DNA of 64,000 nucleotides from Candidatus Doudnabacteria bacterium (lineage in GTDB: Bacteria; Patescibacteriota; Doudnabacteria; UBA920): NCBI GenBank assembly GCA_016218585.1, contig JACRDK010000010.1:68974-132973 (forward strand). Direction: 5' to 3'. The position numbers and the translations under genes were made by a program. Shown in pieces: positions 8,419 through 17,832 of the stretch (position 1 is the first letter of the stretch; every line of letters begins with the position of its first letter). The notes beneath the pieces are model-generated. The model did not search any database. It was given only the letters and a program-made list of their open reading frames with translations, and was not told the origin of the DNA.

Positions 8419-11382
8419 ATGGCCGATACGTCCACTCAAAATGATACTCAGGAGGAAGAACTAAGCCCGCAAGCGGGTAAGCGGGAAGATTCCGATACCA
8501 TAGCAATTCGGGAGCCTTTTAATTTGGGCGGCCAGGACAGAATAGTTTATGATATCTCGGTAGATAAGGGTCCCAAATTAACTTTTGGCTGGAAAATAAA
8601 GCCCGGGTCTGTTGTGGAAATTTCCGGCAGCGGGCTGGATATTTATGACCAGATAATTTTGTGGATCGCCGGGAGCCGGGAAGAATACAGAGAGATTGAC
8701 CGCAGCAAAGACGGAAGAACTATAAGTTTTAAAGTTCGCGATAATATAAGCGAGCTTTATGCCGAGGGGGCTGCGGCTGAGTTAGAATTTGTAAATTCAG
8801 GAAACGCGCAACAGAACCGTTATTTAAAACAACAATTTAGAATTGCCCAAGAAACGGAAGAGCAAAAAAAACAACGGAAAGTGCAGGAAGAATCTGACCG
8901 CATAAAAAACGCCGCAGGGATTGCAGCCGAGCAAGCTTTAAATTCAACTCTTGCCGCCGCAGGCTCAGTTCCTGTTTCCGCTGGTGCCAATGCCGTTGCC
9001 TCGTCAGCAGCGCCAGAGCGGGCCCGGCAAATTAATGAAGAGTTAGACGATGACGGCGAAAATACTTCAGACGTTGTCACTGATGGGTCAGAACAGGAAG
9101 TTTCCGGAACAGGTGTTGCAGGCATAAAAACCCAGGAAACAATTACTCAAACCGCTACAGGAGAAACAGATAATGTTGTTTCCGGTTCAATAAATCAAAC
9201 AGTAAATACTGAAGTGCGATCGGCCGGTCAAACAGAAACAAATGTTTCGGGTTCTGTTGAAAGCCAAAGCCAAAGCCAAAACACTTCCAGGGCACAAATT
9301 AATTCTAATGTTTCTTCTTCAACCACAACTCAAACTCAAGCCTCTGCTAACGTTTCTTCTTCGGGTAAGGTAGAAAGCCAAACCAGTTCAGGCGGCTCAA
9401 GGGAAACCAAAATTTCCGGCAATGTCTCAGGCGGTGTAAGCGGGAGCGGAAAACAAACAGTTTCGGCAAAAGCTTCGACAAACAGGCAGGTTAATGCCCA
9501 AACCAGCGCAACAGTAAGCGGCCAAGGAGGTAGTAAGGGTCAGGCCGGTTTACAAACTGAGTCTGAGGTTAGCAATGAAGTTAATGCTAAGGCAACTCAA
9601 AATCAGTCAGTCCAAAATCAAGAGCAGATTCAAGAAAAAACAAAAACAGAAGCAGAAACATCAGCTAAGTCAGAAGCCAGTTCCGGACAGAACCAGTCTC
9701 AACCAGAAACCCCACAAGCTCAAAAACCAGAAACTGGTCAGGAAAAAACAGCCAAAGATACTCAACCCGAACAACCACAACAGGCAGCCCCAGCCCAGGC
9801 CAAGCCAACAAAAACCCAGGCACCTGGAAAGGGTAATATTGACGGAGCTTCCCCAAAACCTCTTGATAAAACTGCAAAAAAATCTGTTGAGCCAAAGACA
9901 GGTACAGAACAACAAGAGCAAGCTCCTGTTAAGCCGCCAAAAGGCTTAGAGGGTGTTTTAAGTAAGTTTGGGGCAAACAGCGCAGCCCTGGATTCTAAAA
10001 TTGGCTTTAGGCCTACGTCTTTAGATTTAAAAAATAATGAAAAGCAAAATAGTTCGGCCAAGCTAGGAGGAGGCAGGACAGGCGGCAGGGCGGAAGATCA
10101 GGATACAAAAGAAAAGGATGATAATCAAAAAGAACCTGAAGTCCAGCAGGGTGCCGGAGCAGCTCCGTTAAAACAGCCGCTTGGGGATATGCCGCAGGGC
10201 GATCAGAAATCGGAGGTCGGGGATCAGGCGGGTGTGCCGCCAGCAAGACAGCCCAATCAGGTGCCGGAGGAAGAACAGCCAAAGCAAGATAAAGATTCCG
10301 AAAAAGAGCCTCAAGAGGAAGTTGAGCAGCCAAAGCAAGCAGATGATAACCTGCCAAATGCGGATCAAGGCGTTAGAAGTTTTAGCATTGCCGAAGCGGA
10401 AAAGTGGTTAAACACAACAGTTAATGTTTACTTACAAACTTTGGCCACAATGGTGTGGGCAGGGGCATTGCCTACTTTAGGTTTAATGATTTTAATTGGC
10501 GCTATTGGCGGCGATTTAATTTGGCTGTTGAAAGATCGGGTTGTAAAAGAAGCATTAAAGAGAACTCCGTTGCCAAAAAGATTTGGCAATATTAAGCCTG
10601 AAGATTTAAAAATAAATATTAATTTTGCAATTAAGGCGCAAATTGTTCTTTGGAATTTAATTGTTGCTTTGATTTTGTGTTTTATTTTTGTTTTTGTGTT
10701 TACAATATTTTGGTCAATTTGTAATTCGCCGATTTATTACCCAATCAGGCAGACATCTTTAAAATCCGCCTGCGAGTATCTGGACAGCACCAAATTAAGC
10801 TCGTCTTTAAGTAATTTTCAAAGCACCGGCAGTTTTGTTGCGAGCAATAATACCCCGGGTAGTTTAATTAGCACCGCCAGTTGGACTGACCAAATAAATA
10901 GCACGGCGCAAAAATGGAATATTGACGCCTGTATTTTGCGCGTGGTAATACAAAAAGAATCAACCGGAAAAGCAGATGTAATTGGCTGCGACTGTGCTGC
11001 TGACAAACACCCGGAATATTGCCCGGATAAAAGGAAAACATACAGTTCAGACTACCAATTTAACTGGGCGCAATGTTCTTATGGTATTGGGCTCACCCAA
11101 TGGACTATTTATCCCAAAGGCGGCAGCGGATACAAGGCTTGGCAGGATGCCAGCACCCCTTCCAGGCAATTATACTCTTCCTGGTACGGCATTTCCGACT
11201 TTTTAAACCCAACCACCAGCTTGGATTTAACAGCTAAAGCTTTTAGCGCTAATTTAGCCAGGGCTAATGGGGACGTGGCCTCGGCTTTTGCGGCGTATGT
11301 AGGAGCCAGCAACGTACAGGCTCAGCTGGTAGCCGACAGAATGGCTTTATATAATTTGTGTAAAAGTTCAGCCACTCCTTAA
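8419..11382 (+). CDS. large membrane-anchored protein: low-complexity Ser/Gln/Thr-rich region, TM helices, C-terminal lytic transglycosylase (SLT) domain
   Basis: C-terminal 'A.KWNID..ILRVVIQKES', 'GIGLTQ', 'LNP..S', 'A.AAY' fit SLT motifs I-III; ATG at 8419. Confidence 0.7.
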   Translation: MADTSTQNDTQEEELSPQAGKREDSDTIAIREPFNLGGQDRIVYDISVDKGPKLTFGWKIKPGSVVEISGSGLDIYDQIILWIAGSREEYREIDRSKDGRTISFKVRDNISELYAEGAAAELEFVNSGNAQQNRYLKQQFRIAQETEEQKKQRKVQEESDRIKNAAGIAAEQALNSTLAAAGSVPVSAGANAVASSAAPERARQINEELDDDGENTSDVVTDGSEQEVSGTGVAGIKTQETITQTATGETDNVVSGSINQTVNTEVRSAGQTETNVSGSVESQSQSQNTSRAQINSNVSSSTTTQTQASANVSSSGKVESQTSSGGSRETKISGNVSGGVSGSGKQTVSAKASTNRQVNAQTSATVSGQGGSKGQAGLQTESEVSNEVNAKATQNQSVQNQEQIQEKTKTEAETSAKSEASSGQNQSQPETPQAQKPETGQEKTAKDTQPEQPQQAAPAQAKPTKTQAPGKGNIDGASPKPLDKTAKKSVEPKTGTEQQEQAPVKPPKGLEGVLSKFGANSAALDSKIGFRPTSLDLKNNEKQNSSAKLGGGRTGGRAEDQDTKEKDDNQKEPEVQQGAGAAPLKQPLGDMPQGDQKSEVGDQAGVPPARQPNQVPEEEQPKQDKDSEKEPQEEVEQPKQADDNLPNADQGVRSFSIAEAEKWLNTTVNVYLQTLATMVWAGALPTLGLMILIGAIGGDLIWLLKDRVVKEALKRTPLPKRFGNIKPEDLKININFAIKAQIVLWNLIVALILCFIFVFVFTIFWSICNSPIYYPIRQTSLKSACEYLDSTKLSSSLSNFQSTGSFVASNNTPGSLISTASWTDQINSTAQKWNIDACILRVVIQKESTGKADVIGCDCAADKHPEYCPDKRKTYSSDYQFNWAQCSYGIGLTQWTIYPKGGSGYKAWQDASTPSRQLYSSWYGISDFLNPTTSLDLTAKAFSANLARANGDVASAFAAYVGASNVQAQLVADRMALYNLCKSSATP

Positions 11383-11393
11383 ACTAAAATTTT

Positions 11394-11939
11394 ATGCCAA
11401 AAAATTACAAACTTTTTCTATATTTAGGCTTATTCTTGATATTTTTACTGGGGATATTTTTAATTGTGACCAGTCTGTCCGGAAAGCCGGCTACCAGCCC
11501 TGGCAACACCTCAACCAGCACGCCGCAAAATACGTCTAATTTGCCGGACTATATTTTGAGTTCGGACGAAGAAGCAAGTTTGAAGGAATTTGTAAAAAAC
11601 TTCGTAAATTTGTATAATACTTATAGCTACGAAGATTACAGCAATCTTACGGCTTTAGGCGATTATCAAACCCAGGGTATGCAGGAAAAGACATTGGCTG
11701 TTATTGAAAATCTGAAACAAACATTGCCGATTGGCTACAGCTTGCAAACTCAAGCAGACGAAAATACATTCAGTTACAAGTACCCGTCCGCTAATGAGAT
11801 TATTGTGCAAGTCACCGCGCAGGCCAGGGAAGTCTTAAGCGAAGGAAAATTGGCGCAAAAGTACAAAATCAACGCAACTTTACAAATTAGCCGCCAGCAA
11901 AAAAGTTGGCTGGTAGATGATATAAAAATTAATCAGTAA
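11394..11939 (+). CDS. single-TM VirB8/TcpC-like (NTF2-like) protein
   Basis: N-terminal TM, 'FV..YNTYS', ends 'WLVDDI'; T4SS context. Confidence 0.55.
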   Translation: MPKNYKLFLYLGLFLIFLLGIFLIVTSLSGKPATSPGNTSTSTPQNTSNLPDYILSSDEEASLKEFVKNFVNLYNTYSYEDYSNLTALGDYQTQGMQEKTLAVIENLKQTLPIGYSLQTQADENTFSYKYPSANEIIVQVTAQAREVLSEGKLAQKYKINATLQISRQQKSWLVDDIKINQ

Positions 11940-11968
11940 ATTGAGTAAAAAATAAAAAACAAATAATT

Positions 11969-13132
11969 ATGAACAAAAAAGCTATCGCTATTTTAGGAGC
12001 AATTTTTTTGCTGATTGTGGGAACTTTAGGATTTTTAATCTATTCCAAATATTCATCCAGCAAAACGCCGGCTACTAACGGCATAAATAATACCGCGACC
12101 ACAACCCCGTCGGACAACACTCAGGGTACCGGCAATGACGTCGCAACAACAACTACCCAAGTCCCCGTTTCTAATATTGTTAAATTGAGTGAAGACCAGG
12201 TTGTTTCTCCGGCCTTGTTTTATAGCGGCAAGGGCATAACTTATTTTGACAAGCAGGGCGGTTTGTATCAAAGCACTCTTCAGGATGATTCCGGACAAAC
12301 AATTTTAACCCAAAAGAAACAAATAGACATTCCGGTTAAAAGCGGCATAACCAAAATCCTTTGGCCGGCTAAGGGCGATGATTTTATTGCGGAAATGCAG
12401 GACTCTGCGGGAAACAAAACCTGGAGTTATTTTAACAGCAAGACTCAAGTTTACAGCGATTATCCGGCTCAGGTGGAAAGCGTAGACTGGATGCCTACCG
12501 GGGATAAAATTATGTATGTTTGGTTAGAAAATGGCAAGGCGACTTTAAACATTAGCGACCCGGACACAAAGAACTGGAATCAATTGGCGGATATGTGGGA
12601 GTTGGACGATAAAATTAGCGTTTCTCCCAACGGCAACCAAGTGTTATATTATGAAACCTCCAGCACTTCTTCCAATATAGCAATAAACTCTGTAAGCTCC
12701 GACGGCAAGGTTTGGAAAACTTTGGTTAAGACCGGTATGAACATGGGAGTTTTGTGGAGCCCGGATGGACAAAAGTTTTTATTTGCGAAAAAAGACGCAG
12801 ACAGCCAAAAATATCAAATTTGGGTTTACAATTTGGTTTCGGACGAGGTAAAAAATTTAGGTTTGTTTACCACCACAGACAAAGCCGTTTGGGATAAAGA
12901 CAGCAATGTAATTTATTTGTCAGTGCCCACAACCGGCACAGCAGGCTCCGCTGCTTTGACCGAAGACACATTTTATAGAATGGATACTACAACTATGGAG
13001 AAGAAACAATATCCGTCTTCATCCGACTCGCCAATTGACGGCCGTGATTTGTTTTTAAATGGCATTGGTGATAAATTGTTCTTTAGAAATGCGCAAGACG
13101 GCAGCCTGTATTATTTAGATTTGACGAAATAA
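11969..13132 (+). CDS. membrane-anchored TolB/WD40-like beta-propeller protein
   Basis: N-terminal TM, Thr-rich linker, repeated WSPDG/SPNG/WMPTG blades. Confidence 0.75.
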   Translation: MNKKAIAILGAIFLLIVGTLGFLIYSKYSSSKTPATNGINNTATTTPSDNTQGTGNDVATTTTQVPVSNIVKLSEDQVVSPALFYSGKGITYFDKQGGLYQSTLQDDSGQTILTQKKQIDIPVKSGITKILWPAKGDDFIAEMQDSAGNKTWSYFNSKTQVYSDYPAQVESVDWMPTGDKIMYVWLENGKATLNISDPDTKNWNQLADMWELDDKISVSPNGNQVLYYETSSTSSNIAINSVSSDGKVWKTLVKTGMNMGVLWSPDGQKFLFAKKDADSQKYQIWVYNLVSDEVKNLGLFTTTDKAVWDKDSNVIYLSVPTTGTAGSAALTEDTFYRMDTTTMEKKQYPSSSDSPIDGRDLFLNGIGDKLFFRNAQDGSLYYLDLTK

Positions 13133-13289
13133 AGCAAGTTCGAACATATTTGACACTCTTTATTTTAGTGAACCTATAAATTTCTAATTTACCTAATTGA
13201 CCTAATTTCTAAACAAATCCCAATGAAGGAATTTGGGCATTAGACATTGTTTAGGTCAATTAGTACAATTAGAATAATTAGAATTTTTT

Positions 13290-14612
13290 ATGGTTAAGTC
13301 TCAAACAATTTTTGTCTGTTCCAACTGTCAGCATAAAACCCCGCGTTGGCAGGGAAAGTGCCCAAACTGCGGACAATGGAATACCCTGGAAGAACAGGTA
13401 CAGTTGTCTTCAAAGACGGCATATTCCGGCGTGGCCGTAAAACCTGTAGATTTGTCTGGCGTGGAAATATCTATGCACGAACGAATAAAAACCGGCATTG
13501 GTGAATTTGATGAAGTAGTCGGCGGCGGCGTAGTGCCCGGGAGCTTAGTTCTATTGGGCGGCGACCCCGGAATCGGAAAATCCACTTTAGCGCTCCAGTT
13601 GTCTATGAATGTGGATGCAGAGGTATTGTACGTTTCCGGCGAGGAATCGGTAAGCCAAATTAAATTGCGGGCAGACAGGATAAATAAAAACCACAGGCTA
13701 AATGTGTTGGCGGAAACTTCGCTGGACGCAATTTTAAGCGCTATAGAGGCGCAAAAACCGGAACTGGTGATTATAGACTCAATCCAGACAATGTACTTAG
13801 AGCAGGCCAGCGGCGTTGCCGGAGGCGTGGCTCAGGTAACTTCCGCAGTGCAGCAAATAATGCGCGCTGCCAAGCAGAATCATATTTCCTTTATTATTAT
13901 TGGCCATGTGACCAAGGAAGGTTACTTAGCAGGACCAAAAACTTTGGAGCATATGGTGGACACGGTTTTATATTTGGAAGGGGAGCGGTTTGCCGCCTTC
14001 CGTATTTTGCGTTGCGTAAAAAACCGTTTTGGCACCACAAACGAAGTTGGGGTGTTTGAAATGGCCGGCGGCGGTTTAGTGGAAGTAAAAAATCCTTCCC
14101 AATTATTTTTGGGCGAGGACAGCATTGAAGCCTCGGGAAATGTAATTACCGGAATAATGGAAGGCAGCCGCGCGCTGCTTTTGGAAATTCAGGCATTAAC
14201 ATCTTCTTCCAGCTTTGGTTATCCTAAGCGCACTACCGCGGGGTTTGACAATAACCGCCTGCAATTATTAGCCGCCATACTTTCCAAGCGGGCAGGTTTA
14301 AATTTATCAAACCACGATATATACGTAAATGTTGTAGGTGGAATAAAAATAGACGAACCAGCCGCAGATTTAGCCGTGGCTTTGGCAATTGTTTCCAGCA
14401 TAAAAGATAGCGTAATAAAAAATACAGTGGTAATAGGGGAGCTTGGGCTTTCCGGCGAGGTAAGGTTTGTGCCGAATTTGGAAAAAAGAATTAAGGAAGC
14501 TGAAAAATTAGGTTTTACTGAAATAATTTGCCCAAGAAATAAAATTTCTTATAAGGGTAAAATAAAAATCCACCAGGTAAAGACTTTGGCGGAGGCCTTA
14601 AAATATATTTAA
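13290..14612 (+). CDS. radA: DNA repair protein RadA/Sms
   Basis: C4 zinc finger, GGDPGIGKST, KNRFG, Lon-like C-terminus. Confidence 0.97.
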   Translation: MVKSQTIFVCSNCQHKTPRWQGKCPNCGQWNTLEEQVQLSSKTAYSGVAVKPVDLSGVEISMHERIKTGIGEFDEVVGGGVVPGSLVLLGGDPGIGKSTLALQLSMNVDAEVLYVSGEESVSQIKLRADRINKNHRLNVLAETSLDAILSAIEAQKPELVIIDSIQTMYLEQASGVAGGVAQVTSAVQQIMRAAKQNHISFIIIGHVTKEGYLAGPKTLEHMVDTVLYLEGERFAAFRILRCVKNRFGTTNEVGVFEMAGGGLVEVKNPSQLFLGEDSIEASGNVITGIMEGSRALLLEIQALTSSSSFGYPKRTTAGFDNNRLQLLAAILSKRAGLNLSNHDIYVNVVGGIKIDEPAADLAVALAIVSSIKDSVIKNTVVIGELGLSGEVRFVPNLEKRIKEAEKLGFTEIICPRNKISYKGKIKIHQVKTLAEALKYI

Positions 14613-14615
14613 TTT

Positions 14616-15077
14616 ATGATTAAAAATTACAGAGAATTTTATAAAGATTTAGAAACTATTGCAGCCATTGTTGCTAATCAGGCTTACGTTGAAGTCGCTA
14701 GAGATTATCAGGAAGACTTACAAGATCCAAGAGCGGAGGCTGTATATATGGAAGGCGATAAATGCCAGCAGGTTTCCGAGCGCGCATATCAGCAGTTTAA
14801 AAAACATGGCGTTCCTGTTGAATATGTTGATGTCGATCCCGGTAAAATTATTGGAGGGAATCAGGCAAGACACCATGTATATCTATTTGTAGATGGAAAT
14901 TATTTATTTGATGGTACTTGGCAAAGTTTTCTTGAGAAATATAAAAAAGATATGCCATATATTTTTGTTTCCATAAAAAATTTAGAACAGGAGCTGGATA
15001 GAATCGGAGTTCCAAAACAAGTACAGGGGGTGTGGTTAAATTACCAAAAAGGTATAAAGACGCGAAAAGCGGCTTAG
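14616..15077 (+). CDS. hypothetical protein, possible papain/transglutaminase-like Cys-His-Asp fold
   Basis: GDKC...HHVYL...FDGTWQSF spacing. Confidence 0.5.
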   Translation: MIKNYREFYKDLETIAAIVANQAYVEVARDYQEDLQDPRAEAVYMEGDKCQQVSERAYQQFKKHGVPVEYVDVDPGKIIGGNQARHHVYLFVDGNYLFDGTWQSFLEKYKKDMPYIFVSIKNLEQELDRIGVPKQVQGVWLNYQKGIKTRKAA

Positions 15078-15121
15078 TTAGAAAGTTTTTATAGAATTTT
15101 CGATTTGCCCTAGAGTAAATT

Positions 15122-17629
15122 TTATTCAAAATGAATAACCCGGTCTTTGATTTTTTCTTTTAACGCCGGGTATTTTTTTAATTCTAAATCGGTTTCTAAA
15201 ATCGCCCTGGCTTCTTGGCGGGCGGGTTCTATGAGCGAGGTGTACGATAGGTCAAAATATTTAAAGTCCCAGCCGGCTTGTTCTGTCCCATAAAGCTGCC
15301 CGAAACCGCGCTGTTTTAAATCCAATTCCGCCAAAGCAAAACCGTCTTGCGTTTTGGCAAACTGCTGTAAGCGCGTAATTGCATCTTGGTTCTGATTCCC
15401 GCAAAAAAGGTAGCAATAAGACTGATGCTCGGCACGGCCAACGCGCCCGCGGAATTGGTGTAATTGGGAAAGGCCGAATCTTTCCGCTCCTTCAATTACA
15501 ATAACCGAAGCATTTGGAACATCTACCCCAACTTCAACCACCGAAGTGGCAACCAAAATTTGCGTTTTATTGGCCAGGAAGTCAGCCATTGCCGCCTCTT
15601 TCTCAACTCCTTTTAAACGACCGTGCAGAAGGCCGATTTTGAAGCCAGGGAAGATTTTTTGTAAGGCTTCGGCTTCATTGACCGCGGATTTAACCCCTAA
15701 GCGGTCCGATTCTTCCACCAGCGGGGTAATAACAAAAGCTTGTCTTCCGGAAGTTATTTCTTTGGCAATAAATTGGTACGCTCCGGCGCGTCCGGCTTGG
15801 TCAACAACTTTGCTTAGAATGTTTTTTCTGTTAGCGGGTTTGGATTTTATTTGTGACAGGCTAAGCTCGCCAAAGAATGCCAATTTTAAGGTGCGGGGGA
15901 TTGGAGTGGCCGAGAGCGATAGCAAGTGCGGCACTCTCGCAGGCGCAGACTTACGCGGATCTAACGCCGACTTACTCGGACCAGAACGGGCCGTGTCGTA
16001 GATAATTCTTTCTATATGCACATCATCGCTGGCAAAGTTTACTAAGAGTGCAAGTTTATAGTTGGAACTTTTTAGATATGTCCAGGCTTGCCGTTTTTCA
16101 ATATTTCCAATAAATGGCAATGCTTTAAGCTCAATTATAATAGTTTTGTCAATAATAAAATCCGGTTGATATGAACCAATGTTTTTACTTTTGTAGATAA
16201 TTGGCAGATTTTTTTCTCTTTCAAACGCAATGCCTTTTTCTTTAAATTTTATTTCTAATGCATTTTGATAAATTTTTTCTTTATGTCCTAATCCGAGCTC
16301 TTTTTTTACTTCAAAAACACAACTTCTAATTTTATAAGTCAAATCTTCAAAAAGCAGAGCTGCCGGTTCTGCGTCGGTCTGCGGCTCAGTCGGCGTTTGT
16401 CCGTGTATCAGTTGCGCGCGTTGCTCTACGCCCCAGCGGTGCTGCTCGTCTATAATTACCAAAGCTAATTTTTTAAACTTGACGTTTTTTTGCAGCAAGG
16501 CATGCGTGCCAAAATAAACCCCGGGCATACCCTCAGAAATTAGTTTTTTAAACTTGTCTTTTGCAACGGTTTCCCCATTTATAATTGAATGGGTATTGGT
16601 GAGAAGGCAAATTTTTAATTTTAAATTTTTAATTTTAAAATTCTTTAGCGCTGTTTCAAAATGCTGTTTAGCCAGAATTTCCGTGGGAGCCAAAAATACC
16701 GCTTGATACCCTTTGTTTATTGTTTGCAGGGCAGCCATTAAGGCAACCAAAGTTTTGCCGCTGCCGACATCGCCTTCCAGCAGCCTGTTCATTGGCTCCT
16801 TTTTTTCTAAGTCCTGCATAATTTCCCAGGCTGATTTTTTTTGTTCGGGAGTAAGTTCAAACGGCAATCCGGCCAAAAAAGTTTTAGTTAAATCCTGATC
16901 AAACTCAGAAGGGTAGCTTTGCTTTTGCGCCATTTCCATTTTAGTTTTTTGCGCAGCTAGCTGGCTAAAAAAGATTTCTTCAAAGGCCAGGCGTTTTTTT
17001 GCCATGTCCAAACGTTCAACTGAGTCCGGAAAGTGGGACTGGGTAATTGTCTCGCTTATGTTTAAAAGTTTTTGGTTGGAAATAATTTTGTTTGGCAGCT
17101 CATCGGTAATCTTTTCAGCCAATGGTAAAACTTCTTTTATAAAATTGCGTAAAGTTTTAGGGTATAGCCCGGCTTTGAGGTGGTAGACGGGAACCAGGCG
17201 GGAAGTGTGAACAGGGAAGTCGGAAACCTTTTCATAAATTGGGTTGGTGAGCTGGAGCTTGTCTTTATAATAATTTGCGGCTCCGGCTAAAAATATTTCT
17301 TCTCCGGCGCTCAAAGTTTTTGCCAGGTAGGGCTGGTTAAACCAGGTTACCTTTAAAGAACCGGTATCATCAGAAACCAGAGCTTCGGCTAAAGACATCC
17401 TTCCCCTAAAGGAAAAGCGAGAAGAAATGCTTTTTATTTTTACTTTTAAGCTAACATTTTCTTCAGGAACAAGTTCTTTTATAGTTTTGGTTTGGCTAAA
17501 GTCTAAATAACGGAACGGCAGGTGTAAAAGCAAATCTCGCACGTTGAAAATCTCGAGTTTTTTTAAAGCCGCAATTTGCGGCTTGGTAATTTTTGGAAGA
17601 TTTTCAATTGGAGAATCTAAGCCGTCCAT
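15122..17629 (-). CDS. recG: ATP-dependent DNA helicase RecG with in-frame GxxExxY nuclease-domain insertion
   Basis: Wedge domain, GDVGSGKT, DEQH, SATPIPRT, QLHQFRGRVGR; ~158 extra aa between motifs II and III. Confidence 0.95.
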   Translation of the reverse strand: MDGLDSPIENLPKITKPQIAALKKLEIFNVRDLLLHLPFRYLDFSQTKTIKELVPEENVSLKVKIKSISSRFSFRGRMSLAEALVSDDTGSLKVTWFNQPYLAKTLSAGEEIFLAGAANYYKDKLQLTNPIYEKVSDFPVHTSRLVPVYHLKAGLYPKTLRNFIKEVLPLAEKITDELPNKIISNQKLLNISETITQSHFPDSVERLDMAKKRLAFEEIFFSQLAAQKTKMEMAQKQSYPSEFDQDLTKTFLAGLPFELTPEQKKSAWEIMQDLEKKEPMNRLLEGDVGSGKTLVALMAALQTINKGYQAVFLAPTEILAKQHFETALKNFKIKNLKLKICLLTNTHSIINGETVAKDKFKKLISEGMPGVYFGTHALLQKNVKFKKLALVIIDEQHRWGVEQRAQLIHGQTPTEPQTDAEPAALLFEDLTYKIRSCVFEVKKELGLGHKEKIYQNALEIKFKEKGIAFEREKNLPIIYKSKNIGSYQPDFIIDKTIIIELKALPFIGNIEKRQAWTYLKSSNYKLALLVNFASDDVHIERIIYDTARSGPSKSALDPRKSAPARVPHLLSLSATPIPRTLKLAFFGELSLSQIKSKPANRKNILSKVVDQAGRAGAYQFIAKEITSGRQAFVITPLVEESDRLGVKSAVNEAEALQKIFPGFKIGLLHGRLKGVEKEAAMADFLANKTQILVATSVVEVGVDVPNASVIVIEGAERFGLSQLHQFRGRVGRAEHQSYCYLFCGNQNQDAITRLQQFAKTQDGFALAELDLKQRGFGQLYGTEQAGWDFKYFDLSYTSLIEPARQEARAILETDLELKKYPALKEKIKDRVIHFE
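15935..16408 (-). mobile_element. GxxExxY (PD-(D/E)XK) cargo element bounded by inverted ~10-nt-period repeats, inserted in recG
   Basis: LGLGHKEKIYQNAL, PDF, IELKA, YLKS, LLVNF motifs; arms ACGCCGA/CCGCAGA/ACGCAGA versus TCGGCGT/TCCGCGT/TCTGCG. Confidence 0.7.
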
Positions 17630-17630
17630 A

Positions 17631-17804
17631 TTATAGAAGTAGAGAAATAAAATAAATTAAAAAGATTATCGGCCAGAAAAATGTGTAGTATAACAGAGTA
17701 ATTATATTTTCCGGGAATGGCAAACTGCCCAAGCGGGCGCTAAAAAATCCGGAGATTCCAATTAACAGGTAGCAGACAATAAAAGTAATAATTTTCTTTT
17801 TCAT
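17631..17804 (-). CDS. small two-TM membrane protein (57 aa)
   Basis: MKKKIITFIVCYLLIG...; the longer ORF call runs through tRNA/repeat sequence. Confidence 0.55.
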   Translation of the reverse strand: MKKKIITFIVCYLLIGISGFFSARLGSLPFPENIITLLYYTFFWPIIFLIYFISLLL

Positions 17805-17832
17805 TTGTGTTTTGGTTGTATTTGGGCCGGCG

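Noticed and set aside
9121-10350. Tandem DNA repeat array in the large ORF
   Set aside because: Low-complexity protein coding; no regular nucleotide unit seen apart from one short heptamer patch
15935-16408. Intein in RecG
   Set aside because: No N-terminal Cys/Ser block, no His-Asn end, no LAGLIDADG motif
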